This document shows, piece after piece, positions 22,051-31,293 of a DNA stretch of 64,000 bases (the stretch's first letter is position 1; every line of letters starts with the position of its first letter). Position numbers and translations under genes: made by a program. Source of the DNA: an uncultured Clostridia bacterium. GTDB lineage: Bacteria; Acidobacteriota; Blastocatellia; UBA7656. The notes beneath the pieces were generated by a model. The model did not search any database. It was not told the DNA's origin and was given only the letters and a program-made list of their open reading frames with translations. The stretch covers positions 71,254 to 135,253 of the forward strand of contig CAZJQQ010000003.1 of NCBI GenBank assembly GCA_964548075.1, in the 5' to 3' direction.

Positions 22051-22085
22051 CACCTTTACACGTGATCAAGAAGGAGGTAATCCCA

Positions 22086-23651
22086 ATGCGTCGTAATCTG
22101 ACTCTTGTTGCCTTAGCCCTTGGTCTGGCAATTTCCGGACTCGCGTTCGCAGCCAACGACGCCATCAAGGTAGATGGCGGTCTGATCTCCGGCACGGCTG
22201 CTGACGGCGTCCGAAGTTTCAAAGGCATCCCATTCGCCGCTCCTCCCGTGGGTGAGCTGCGCTGGAAAGCTCCTCACCCCGTCGTCCCGTGGCACGGCGT
22301 ACGCCAGTGTGACGCCTTCGGCCCCGAGTGTCCGCAAGCGCCATACCCGGCGGGATCGATGTATGCGTCGCCACCGCAAAAGCAGAGTGAGGATTGTCTC
22401 TACCTCAACGTGTGGACGGCGGCCAGGGCGGGCGAAAAGCGGCCTGTCATGGTGTGGATTCACGGCGGCGCGTTGACGCGCGGGTCGGGAGCGAGTCGCA
22501 CGTACAACGGGACAGCTTTCGCTAAGAAGGGCGTGGTGCTGGTGACGATCAACTATCGGCTTGGGCCGCTCGGTTATCTCGCGCATCCTGAACTGACCAG
22601 TGAATCGCCGCAGCGCTCGTCGGGGAACTACGGAGTGTTGGATCAAATCGCGGCGTTGAAGTGGGTGCAGAAGAACATCGCGGCATTTGGCGGCGACTCG
22701 AAGAACGTGACGATCTTTGGCGAATCGGCGGGGTCGTGGAGCGTCAATGCGCTCGTGGCAACGCCGCTCGCCAAAGGCCTCTTTCATCGAGCGATCGGCG
22801 AGAGCGGCGGCTCGTTCGGGCCGATGGCCTACTTGAAAGAGGATCGAGGCAGACTAACGGCGGCCGAGAAGGTCGGCGCGGCTTTCGCGAAAGCAGCCGG
22901 CGCCGATTCCATCAAAGCGCTGCGCACGCTGCCGGCTGACAAGATCATCGACGTCTTCAACAATGACACGGAGGGCAAGAAGTTCAGGACTTCTCCGAAC
23001 GTCGATGGATGGGTGCTGCCCGACGAGATTCGGAACATCTTTGGTCAAGGCAAACAAAACGACGTTCCGGTGATCGTCGGCTCGAACGCCAACGAGATGT
23101 CGACCTTGACGGTTCCGGCGACTGTGCCCAAGACCATCGAGGACTATCGCAAGCGTATCGATCCGCTGTATGGCGAAGCGACCCGGGATTTCGACGCGCT
23201 TTATCCGGTGAAGAGCGATGCGGATGTCGCGGCGGCATATCTGGGCAGCCTGCGTGACGTGACCTTTACGTTGCCGATGCGCACCTGGGCTCGAATGACC
23301 GCGACCGGACGTTCCAAAGCGTATCTCTATTCCTTCAGCCACGTGCCGCCCAACCCGAACAGCAAGTACCTTGGGGCATATCATGCCGCCGAGATTGCTT
23401 ATGTGTTCAACAATCTCAACCCGCAGAACACGATGCTGCAGGAACTGGATCATAAGCTGGCTGAGATGATGTCGGCTTACTGGGTGAATTTTGCAAAGAC
23501 AGGTGATCCGAACGGCAAGGGTCTGCCGAAGTGGACCTCGTACAACGCGAGCGACGAACCTTACATGGATTTTGGCGACGTGGTTCAGTTGCGCAACCAT
23601 TTGCTGAAGGAGCAACTCGACTTCCTCGAGCAATTCCAGAAGCGGCGCTGA
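22086..23651 (+). CDS. Type-B carboxylesterase (PnbA-like) with Sec signal
   Basis: AAGGAGG RBS; [36 protein letters not shown]. Confidence 0.93.
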   Translation: MRRNLTLVALALGLAISGLAFAANDAIKVDGGLISGTAADGVRSFKGIPFAAPPVGELRWKAPHPVVPWHGVRQCDAFGPECPQAPYPAGSMYASPPQKQSEDCLYLNVWTAARAGEKRPVMVWIHGGALTRGSGASRTYNGTAFAKKGVVLVTINYRLGPLGYLAHPELTSESPQRSSGNYGVLDQIAALKWVQKNIAAFGGDSKNVTIFGESAGSWSVNALVATPLAKGLFHRAIGESGGSFGPMAYLKEDRGRLTAAEKVGAAFAKAAGADSIKALRTLPADKIIDVFNNDTEGKKFRTSPNVDGWVLPDEIRNIFGQGKQNDVPVIVGSNANEMSTLTVPATVPKTIEDYRKRIDPLYGEATRDFDALYPVKSDADVAAAYLGSLRDVTFTLPMRTWARMTATGRSKAYLYSFSHVPPNPNSKYLGAYHAAEIAYVFNNLNPQNTMLQELDHKLAEMMSAYWVNFAKTGDPNGKGLPKWTSYNASDEPYMDFGDVVQLRNHLLKEQLDFLEQFQKRR

Positions 23652-23660
23652 TCGCTAGAT

Positions 23661-23797
23661 AGCATGGAGTTCAGACAGCAGGCAGTTCCGGAGCATGAAG
23701 TTCCGGAGCATGGAGTTCAGGCTTTAGCCTGCTGTCTCGATGAACCAAGAAGAGCAGCCAACGAGAAGAGCAGCCTAAAGGCTGAACTCCATGCTCC
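23661..23797. repeat. GGAG-type REP doublet with partial tandem copies
   Basis: ggagcatggagttcaggctttagcctgct / agcagcctaaaggctgaactccatgctcc, preceded by agttccggagcatg repeats. Confidence 0.8.
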
Positions 23798-23837
23798 CTC
23801 GCGACTGACTCAACATTAAGAAGAGGGGTAGTAGGCC

Positions 23838-24902
23838 ATGATGAAAAGAAGCTTCACCATTCTGATTGCGTCCTTGTTGGTTTGCGCTGCGATCTCGTCT
23901 GCCGCGCAAGAGAAGAAAATCAAGACCGGGCTGACGAAGGAAGATTGGGCATACAAGCTGGCTGAGGGCGTGACGTCGAAGGAAGTCACTTACTACAGCG
24001 ACGGCGTGGCCTGCTATGCGAAACTTTTCTTCCCCAAAGGATTCTCCGCTACCGGCAAGGCGCCGGGCGTAGTGCTCGGACAGGGATGGGCAGGCACGCA
24101 TTTCTCGATCGAGAAATACGGCGCACGTTTCGCCGAGCGCGGACTTGTTGCGATGGCGATCGACTATCGCGGCTGGGGATCGAGCGACAGTTTTATTTCG
24201 CAAGCTCAAGCCTCTGTCAGCAAGGGCGACGCTGAACCCACACGGGACGACAAGCGGTATACGAACACCAAGACGGACGTCGTTCTAAAACGCACACGGC
24301 TCATTCCTATGAAACAAGTCGAGGACTATCGCAACGCGATTTCCTATTTGCAGGGCGAGCCCGGCGTTGATCCTGAGCGCATCGGCGTCTGGGGATCGAG
24401 CTTCGCGGGAGGCAACGTGATCGTGACGGCGGCGCTGGACTCGCGCGTCAAGGCGGTGGTCGGCCAGGTCCCCGCCATCTCAGGCAAAGACTCGCCGGTC
24501 GCGCCTGTTCCCCTCAGAGGCAGGGCGCTCGAAGATGCCATTAAGCGCGCGCGCGCAGGGCAAGGGGGAGAATTCGAGACTGGCTTCTCGACCCGGCGGA
24601 TGATTGACCTGGAAACGAACCAGATGGTCGCGGAGTATCGTCCGTTCCAATATCTGAAGGCAGTCGGCGACAGACCGGTGCTTCTCATCCCTGCCGAGAA
24701 AGATGAACTGATCAACAATCGGTTGAATGCCTACGCTGCGTTGGAGGTGTTGACGGGTCCGAAAAAGCTGATCGAGGTGCCGGGGATCACGCACTTCGAG
24801 ATGTACATCAACGAGGCCTTCGAGATCAGCTCGAACGCCGCGGCCAACTGGTTCCGCGAACATCTCGGGCTCGAGCCGAAGAAGGAAGCGGCCCGGCAGT
24901 AA
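23838..24902 (+). CDS. Secreted alpha/beta hydrolase (S15/CocE-like)
   Basis: Signal peptide, DYRGWGSS, GVWGSSFAGG, AEKD, THFEMY. Confidence 0.85.
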   Translation: MMKRSFTILIASLLVCAAISSAAQEKKIKTGLTKEDWAYKLAEGVTSKEVTYYSDGVACYAKLFFPKGFSATGKAPGVVLGQGWAGTHFSIEKYGARFAERGLVAMAIDYRGWGSSDSFISQAQASVSKGDAEPTRDDKRYTNTKTDVVLKRTRLIPMKQVEDYRNAISYLQGEPGVDPERIGVWGSSFAGGNVIVTAALDSRVKAVVGQVPAISGKDSPVAPVPLRGRALEDAIKRARAGQGGEFETGFSTRRMIDLETNQMVAEYRPFQYLKAVGDRPVLLIPAEKDELINNRLNAYAALEVLTGPKKLIEVPGITHFEMYINEAFEISSNAAANWFREHLGLEPKKEAARQ

Positions 24903-24966
24903 GGTCCTTGTCAGCAGACGGCGCGATGCCCGACGCTGACTCTGGACAACATCGGCGCTGTCTTGC

Positions 24967-25512
24967 TCACTTCTTTGTTTCAGTCACCCGCGCGACGAAA
25001 CTCACCGAGCGTTTGTAGACACTCCCGCTGAAGTCGGTACTGTCTTCATCGCGGCCCCTGACTACGCCGTTCTCGACCGAGTAATCTTTGAGCGTGTTGA
25101 TGCCTGAGGTTTGAAACCCACTCGGGTGGTACATGACCCAGAATCCCTTCCCGACCTTATACTCGAGCCCCTTGTTGTCCCGTGGAAATATCCCGAACGA
25201 CTCCTCGAACGCCTTCGATAGGACGTCGGGTGCGATAGGGGTCTCGGTTAGCAAAATGACGATTGCGGGTTCGTCGAACTGTTCGCCTTGCCCGGCATAG
25301 GCATACTTCAGAGTGATCGTCTGTCCTTCATCGACCATCGTTCCGCTGGCTTGGCCCTCTTGCAAGGCGCCTTGCGGTTTTGCCGGCGTAGATGGTTGGG
25401 CCGGCTGATTGGCCGCCGCCGGCTGACTGGGTTGGTTGCTGTTGGATGGCGACTGCGTTGTAGAGCAGCCGGTGAGCGCAAGTAATAGAATAACCGTGAG
25501 TATTCGCTTCAA
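24967..25512 (-). CDS. Hypothetical lipoprotein
   Basis: AAGGAGG RBS, TTG start, lipobox LTGC, Gln/Pro-rich linker. Confidence 0.8.
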   Translation of the reverse strand: MKRILTVILLLALTGCSTTQSPSNSNQPSQPAAANQPAQPSTPAKPQGALQEGQASGTMVDEGQTITLKYAYAGQGEQFDEPAIVILLTETPIAPDVLSKAFEESFGIFPRDNKGLEYKVGKGFWVMYHPSGFQTSGINTLKDYSVENGVVRGRDEDSTDFSGSVYKRSVSFVARVTETKK

Positions 25513-25700
25513 GGTGTGAGCCTCCTTCAGTCGTGTTTAGTGTGTATTTCGTTCGTAAGTTGCGACCGTGTGTCCGCGTGTTTGATGCTGAGCATTGCGC
25601 GGCACTTTGGGCGAATAAGAGTTTCGCTGCTGAATGGCAGGATGGCAAGTCGGGCCCTGAGGAATGAGGACTCTGAAGGCGCGCCAACTTAGGGGTCTGA

Positions 25701-26003
25701 CTAAGCAACGTAAGCGTGGACTTGTTTCTCGATCTCTGGGCCAACCAGGCGCTGGGCGACCCTTAAGTCATAATCGGCTTGTAGCCCCAGCCAGAGTTCG
25801 GACGAGACGCCAAAATACCTGGCTAGCCGCAGCGCAGTGTCGGCGGTGATCGCCCGCTTTCGGTTCACGATCGCGCTGATTCTGCCGGGCGCGACACCAA
25901 TTTCCCGAGCCAGCTTGTTGATGCTGATGCCCAGTGGCTTCAGGAACTCCTCAGAGAGAATCTCTCCGGGATGGATCGGGTCAAGAAGCTTTCGGTTAGC
26001 CAT
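25701..26003 (-). CDS. higA: HigA-family antitoxin (HTH-XRE)
   Basis: PIHPGEIL.EEFL.P, ITADTALRLARYFG, WLGLQ..YDL. Confidence 0.95.
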   Translation of the reverse strand: MANRKLLDPIHPGEILSEEFLKPLGISINKLAREIGVAPGRISAIVNRKRAITADTALRLARYFGVSSELWLGLQADYDLRVAQRLVGPEIEKQVHAYVA

Positions 26004-26011
26004 GAATCACC

Positions 26012-26026
26012 TCAATGATAGTCGAT
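26012..26026 (-). pseudogene. Last codons (I-D-Y-H-stop) of a deleted higB toxin gene
   Basis: ATC GAC TAT CAT TGA ends 8 nt upstream of the higA ATG; HigB proteins typically end in (V/I)DYH. Confidence 0.6.
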
Positions 26027-26036
26027 GGCTGCGTGG

Positions 26037-27230
26037 CTACGAAACGGACGCGAGACTTTCGCGGATGGCTCCTGCAGCGGCTGGCGCTGAGATGCTGTAG
26101 GACTCCAAGACTCGTGCGACGTTTCGCTCGAGTTCGAATTCTATTTCCACGGCCTGGCGGCCGGCGCGGCCCATGCGCTCACGTAGTTCGCGATCAGCGA
26201 CGAGCTCGAGAATCCTGTCGGCAATGGCTCGCACATCGCCGCGATCCACAAGAAAGCCGGTCCGACTGTCTTCGACCAGTTCCGGTATGCCGCCTACGCG
26301 CGTAGCCACAAGAGGTCTGCTGCAAGACATCGCCTCGGCGATCACGTAACCAAAGACCTCTTCCCAACGCGACACCTGGCAGACTACATCAGCAGCCGCG
26401 TAGACGCCTTCCGTCATCGGGTCGTCGATCTGGCCAGTCCACGTCACGTGGTTCTCAAGGCTAAGCTTGGCCGCCTCGCGCGTGTATTGCTCGCGGTAGG
26501 CGCCCTCACCCACGAATGCGAAATGGACGTTAGGGTTTTGAGCGATCACCAGACGCGCGGCCTCCAGCAGATCAGCGATCCCTTTCTCGGGGATGATCCA
26601 GCTCACTTGAGTAACGAGCGTGCGATCCTCCGGTATTGAATGCTTCCTGCGAAACTCGCCGGCGATCTCTGGCGCATTCGACGCACGCGAGAGATCCGCG
26701 CTGTTGTAAACCATCTCTATTCGCTCGAGCGGAACCAAACCTCTGCCCGCCACGCAGCGGTAGCCGAATTCGCTCACCGTGATGACTCGCGTCATCGGTC
26801 GATTGATCAGGCGCGCCGCGCACCGCTTCCAAATTGGCGCGCGCCGGGTCACGTAGCCTTCTGGTTGTGAGGAATGATCGGTGAAGAAGACTTGTTCGAC
26901 CGAGCAGAGCTTTGCGAGCCACGGATAGGGCCCGATGAATCCGGTGAAATGAAGATGCAGGATTTCGGGACGGTAGCGCCGCAGCATCCGTCTCAAGTCG
27001 ACAGCCGCGCGCCAGCTCATTTGCCAGGAGTTCTCGATCACCTCGATTCGGACGTTGGGAAGTTGCAGGTAGGCGCGCACCGGCTCCGGCGGCTCCTTCA
27101 GGAAGCATAGGACGCTCCGCCATCCGCGCTTGCCGAGCTGCATTGACAATTCGCGCGCGTAGGCCTCGATGCCCCCGATGCGGATCGGCTCGATACCAAA
27201 GACTGAGACGACTGTGTTCACTTGAGTCAC
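26037..27230 (-). CDS. Glycosyltransferase family 4
   Basis: GGIE, EKG...L.EA, EVFG..IAEAM, ATRVGGIPE; GTG start overlaps the radical SAM stop. Confidence 0.9.
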   Translation of the reverse strand: MTQVNTVVSVFGIEPIRIGGIEAYARELSMQLGKRGWRSVLCFLKEPPEPVRAYLQLPNVRIEVIENSWQMSWRAAVDLRRMLRRYRPEILHLHFTGFIGPYPWLAKLCSVEQVFFTDHSSQPEGYVTRRAPIWKRCAARLINRPMTRVITVSEFGYRCVAGRGLVPLERIEMVYNSADLSRASNAPEIAGEFRRKHSIPEDRTLVTQVSWIIPEKGIADLLEAARLVIAQNPNVHFAFVGEGAYREQYTREAAKLSLENHVTWTGQIDDPMTEGVYAAADVVCQVSRWEEVFGYVIAEAMSCSRPLVATRVGGIPELVEDSRTGFLVDRGDVRAIADRILELVADRELRERMGRAGRQAVEIEFELERNVARVLESYSISAPAAAGAIRESLASVS

Positions 27231-28306
27231 TATGATGAAGTGAGGACCGGCAAAGAAAGCACCGCCCTCTCGGCTACGGAGCAACGCCTTTCAAGGCAGC
27301 ATCCACCTTCCCACCACTGCGGCCGGCCTTCCCAGATATCTTGAATGCGCTCGGTCTTGATGTTGCCCACCGGCTCCATTCCGGTGCACACAGTCACATT
27401 CCCGTCTGCTTCGATCTGTAGCAGCGTGAGCGCCGAGCAAATAGCCTTGTGTTCGTGGGCGCTGTGACTCTGAGTGGCAACCCTCAAAGCGTCGGGGTTG
27501 CGAAAGTAAGGAATCATCGCTTCGAGTTGGGCGTAGCTGTTGGCGATCGGAAGCCCCTCTCGCTTGCGCTGAATCAGTTGCCTCACTACGGCCACCGCCT
27601 TTTCGGTGTCCTCGGGCCACGTCTCACTGTGCGCGAACCATTTGGCGTCTTCGGAGGTGTTGTAGTTCTGCTCGATGGGCTGGTAGAACACGTGCATCCC
27701 GTCCTGGCTGGCGAAGCGGGCGACTTCACACACGTGGTCCAGGTTCTGCCGCATGATGACGGTCTTCAGCCGGATATCGAATCCCAAACCGTTTTCTTTG
27801 CGCACTCGCTTGAGAGTTTCGATTGAGGCGGAGGTCTTGTCAAAGAACTTCTCGCGGCCTCGGATCTGGTTATGGACTTCACCGATCCCGTCAAGCGAGA
27901 TCGTCACGCGCCAGGGCCGCGCGAGCGCCAGCTTCTCTATCTTGGACTGGTCATCCCAATAGCCGTGGGTAAGGAATTCGACGAACAGCCCGATCGAAGA
28001 ACCGTGAGCCGCCACATCAATCGCGAATGGTTTTAGCAGAGCTTCGCCGCCGGTAATGACGACGTGCACCGGGCCCAGCCATCGGCGCAGGTCGGTCATC
28101 ACTGTCTTCCACTCGTCGAGGCTGGGAGAATCTTCCTTGCCGCGATTCTTCCAGATGTCACAGTGAACGCAGCGCGCGTTGCACCGGTAGCTGAGCATCA
28201 ACCCGATAGACGTGGGACGGCAGCGAGAAGCCCATCTGCCTCCTCCCATTGTCCGCAGTCTGTAGTTGATTCCTTCGTAGACCCGCCTGTAGGCATAGTT
28301 GAACAT
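27230..28306 (-). CDS. Radical SAM protein with SPASM/Twitch-like C-terminus
   Basis: CNARCVHC, TGGE, ISLDG, C-terminal C...I.ADG.V..C. Confidence 0.9.
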   Translation of the reverse strand: MFNYAYRRVYEGINYRLRTMGGGRWASRCRPTSIGLMLSYRCNARCVHCDIWKNRGKEDSPSLDEWKTVMTDLRRWLGPVHVVITGGEALLKPFAIDVAAHGSSIGLFVEFLTHGYWDDQSKIEKLALARPWRVTISLDGIGEVHNQIRGREKFFDKTSASIETLKRVRKENGLGFDIRLKTVIMRQNLDHVCEVARFASQDGMHVFYQPIEQNYNTSEDAKWFAHSETWPEDTEKAVAVVRQLIQRKREGLPIANSYAQLEAMIPYFRNPDALRVATQSHSAHEHKAICSALTLLQIEADGNVTVCTGMEPVGNIKTERIQDIWEGRPQWWEGGCCLERRCSVAERAVLSLPVLTSS

Positions 28307-28468
28307 GGGGATTGCGTACCTCGCCGGTGATCATCTGCTTGAACGAAATCGCTGCTTCAGTCGAGAGCCACACATGCTGATTCAGTCAAAGTCGGTCGAG
28401 CAGTCTGATCTTCCACTCATGAAATAATGCGAATGCTCCGGGTTCTCCACCTCACCGGTAGTCTGTCC

Positions 28469-28543
28469 CCCTGGGAGCGCAGGCATCCCTGCCTGCTTGG
28501 CGTGGCTGAGAGGAGGCAGGCAGGGATGCCTGCGCTCCCAGGG
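28469..28543. repeat. GGAGCGCAGGCATCC-family REP doublet, copy 1
   Basis: ccctgggagcgcaggcatccctgcctgc / gcaggcagggatgcctgcgctcccaggg. Confidence 0.9.
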
Positions 28544-28555
28544 CGAAGGTGAGTT

Positions 28556-29797
28556 TCAGAGGGTCATTGGAGGGACCTTGATTATGAAGACGTCTCTTCT
28601 GGCGTTGCCGCCCCAGTTGCTGGTGAACGCTATGAATCTCCCATCCCGGCTCATGTTGGCTCGCGGAGTGTCCCAGTAGTCTCGATAAACCGAGTGGTGA
28701 TGCGCCAGTCTCCTCACCTTCTGGCTGCCGTCAGTTGAGGCCTGGAATATCTCGTTGCGAAACGGACCGGCCGGCCCATTTCCTGCGGTAAAGTTGCTTA
28801 TCACGCACCAGCCCTCGTTGTCCGCAAGCATAGACACGTGATTCGCCTGAGACCAGTCATTGCCGAAGCCGATCACCGTCTGAAATTGATGAGGCGCTGC
28901 CAGTTTCCTCACAGTGTACTGGTTGTTCCAGTTGTCGTGCCCTACGACGATTTGCCGGCCGTTGTCGCTGTGCCCGGGCGAAAAATCCGGCGCCGGGTCG
29001 GTCAGTTTCTCGACGCTCCCGGTCTGCAAGTCCACGACCTGCACATCAACTGTCTTGTCAAACTCCGCCTTCACCACGACATAGCGGCCCGACTTGTCGA
29101 CTTCTGCTTCGTCGAATGTCCCGAGGGTTACGTTGCGAAGTATCTTATTTTGATCTCGCCGCCACACGAGGTAGCCAACAGCCTTGTAGTTCTTGTCCTT
29201 CCTCGAGAATGCGAACACGTTGTCGTCAACGCTCTTGCTCATTTGACCCAGAGAGCCAGGGAGTTCGCTGCTGAAGTCTTTGACCAAAGAGTAGGACCTC
29301 GCCGCGACGTCATAAGCATAGAGCTTCAACTCTGCGTACCCGTACAGCACGTTCGCGTTGGTGCCGCTCCATATGGCGTCTTCGGCCGAGAGGTACCCAC
29401 TGCCCGTCACCGGCTGGTCGAAGAGAGGTCCCTTGCTAAGGACCTGGAGGTTGGTCGGGTCGAACCGGTAAAGCCTGGGGTTGCTGTCACACGCGATAAA
29501 GAACCGCGTGCTGTCCAGGTTGAAGGTTGGCCAATATGAATAGAAGTTGTTGCACGACGCACCATCGCGCTCGTCTGTCACCCGCATGATTGTAGTGCCG
29601 AACGCCGGATCGACGAACGTTCCCCCCGCGCGTGGCAGCGCTGGAGCAGGCCCCTCGGAGTAGATTCGCCGGTCAGTGACTACGGCTGGCGTCTTATCCG
29701 TAGCTGACGGTAGAGGTCTCTTGGTTTGAGCCGGAACTATGATAGTCGCAGCGGTCACAGCCACCAGCACTGCTGCTCTAAATACGCCGTTCTTCAT
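28556..29797 (-). CDS. Secreted hypothetical protein, probable beta-propeller
   Basis: Signal peptide; DP.FGT.I.R.TD, Trp/Tyr-rich strands, TolB-like MSRDGRFIAFTSNW. Confidence 0.75.
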   Translation of the reverse strand: MKNGVFRAAVLVAVTAATIIVPAQTKRPLPSATDKTPAVVTDRRIYSEGPAPALPRAGGTFVDPAFGTTIMRVTDERDGASCNNFYSYWPTFNLDSTRFFIACDSNPRLYRFDPTNLQVLSKGPLFDQPVTGSGYLSAEDAIWSGTNANVLYGYAELKLYAYDVAARSYSLVKDFSSELPGSLGQMSKSVDDNVFAFSRKDKNYKAVGYLVWRRDQNKILRNVTLGTFDEAEVDKSGRYVVVKAEFDKTVDVQVVDLQTGSVEKLTDPAPDFSPGHSDNGRQIVVGHDNWNNQYTVRKLAAPHQFQTVIGFGNDWSQANHVSMLADNEGWCVISNFTAGNGPAGPFRNEIFQASTDGSQKVRRLAHHHSVYRDYWDTPRANMSRDGRFIAFTSNWGGNARRDVFIIKVPPMTL

Positions 29798-29915
29798 AGG
29801 CTTTTGCTCGCAACTCGAAGCACGTCAGACAATTCGGTGCGGACGAGAACCCGCGCGGACCAAGCCGATTCTACGTTAGCGACAAGGCCCCGGCAACAGT
29901 TACTTGAAACAGAGA

Positions 29916-30048
29916 AGTTCGAAGTTCGGCTCTCAGGCGAAGGTAGCATAGACTTTATTAGTCTATGTCCGATGGAGATCTCCTCTCTCTAGGGGTTGCA
30001 GACACAGACTAGAGTCTATGCTACTTCCTAAAGGCCGAACTACGAACT
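29916..30048. repeat. Nested REP: GTAGCATAGACT doublet inside a GTTCGTAGTTCGGCC-type doublet
   Basis: Outer agttcgaagttcggc / gccgaactacgaact; inner gtagcatagact / agtctatgctac (29943-30024). Confidence 0.8.
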
Positions 30049-30126
30049 CGTTTTGAATCTTGATCGCGGTTCTCTGGAACAACAGGGCGTTTCAGAATCT
30101 TACTCGAACTAGGAGGGGACCCTCTG

Positions 30127-31173
30127 ATGGGTACTACCGAAATTCAGATGATCGCTTCCAATAGAACGAGGCTCATTCGACGCCTTCCACTAGTGGGCAC
30201 AGCGATATTGTTGCTCGGTTTGGGGATCTTTGCGCCAAGCACCGGACACACGTGGGATGGACTCTCACCTCAAGCGGCCGAATGCCAGTCCGGGATCGGC
30301 GGCCGGCTCGTTTCCAATGGCGGCGAGCTGGAGGTCGAGTTACTCGCGGCTGACGCAGGGTTCACGATAGAGCTTTATCTGATGTCACCGGGACCGCGGC
30401 GCTTTATCGCGACCAACCGTGATGCGGGTACGATCGTGAAGGTTGGAAGCATTCCGGCGGGAGTCGATCTCATATTGGGCGTCTTCGTCCGAGAGACCCA
30501 GAAGACCTACATGATGGGCTCTGGTTCGGTGAACCCGGACGGTCTTCCGCACGCAGAAGTGACCTGCTTTGGCGGTGGAAGGTCGAATGTTGGCTTCGAA
30601 GATCAGATGGGAGGCGGCGACCGAGACTATAACGATCTGCTGTGCACCGTCAGGCAGCCGGAGAATAGCTGCACGTTTTCAGTCAATCCGAAAAGCCAGT
30701 CCTTCGACGCAGGAGGAGGCAGCGGAACGATCAGCGTAACAGTGAAAAGCGGTTGTAGCTGGACCACCAAGAGCAATGTGATCTGGATAGCCATCACCTC
30801 GGGTGGCTCGGGCAGCGACAACGGGACGGTGAGGTACTCGGTGGCGATCAACCCCGAAACGAGCTCTCGAACGGGAACGCTTACGGTTCAGGGAGAGACG
30901 TTCTCTGTGAGCCAGGACGCGGCGGGCTCTCGACCGCTGATTACCAGCACGCTTCGCAAGAGCGATAGAAAGATTCTCATATATGGCATCAACTTCGATG
31001 GCGGATCAGTCATTTTCCTGAACGGCGAAGAGCAAAAGGCTCTCTACGACAGCGAAAACCCGGGGACCATTTTGATTGGCAAGAAGCTTGGAAGGTGGGT
31101 TCAGCCGGGCGATAAGCTGCGCATCAGAAACTCTCTGGGTGTCTTTTCGCCGGAGTATACCTACTTCCCTTAA
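30127..31173 (+). CDS. Secreted DUF4114-like and BACON domain protein
   Basis: VGFEDQ.GGGDRDYNDL; C.F...P.S....GG.G...V....C.W...S...WI...RTG.LTV.G. Confidence 0.8.
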   Translation: MGTTEIQMIASNRTRLIRRLPLVGTAILLLGLGIFAPSTGHTWDGLSPQAAECQSGIGGRLVSNGGELEVELLAADAGFTIELYLMSPGPRRFIATNRDAGTIVKVGSIPAGVDLILGVFVRETQKTYMMGSGSVNPDGLPHAEVTCFGGGRSNVGFEDQMGGGDRDYNDLLCTVRQPENSCTFSVNPKSQSFDAGGGSGTISVTVKSGCSWTTKSNVIWIAITSGGSGSDNGTVRYSVAINPETSSRTGTLTVQGETFSVSQDAAGSRPLITSTLRKSDRKILIYGINFDGGSVIFLNGEEQKALYDSENPGTILIGKKLGRWVQPGDKLRIRNSLGVFSPEYTYFP

Positions 31174-31293
31174 GTCTACGCTCCTAAGATCAGAAAACTT
31201 GTAGAGGCGGCCCTCTGGCTCCCCAGGAATCGCGAGGCTAATTGACATTTCTATAAGCCATGAAGACCGCGCGGCTGGGTCTTCGAGACAATA

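Noticed and set aside
25513-25700. Possible small gene or sRNA between the lipoprotein and higA
   Set aside because: No RBS-supported ORF or convincing structure; probably promoter DNA
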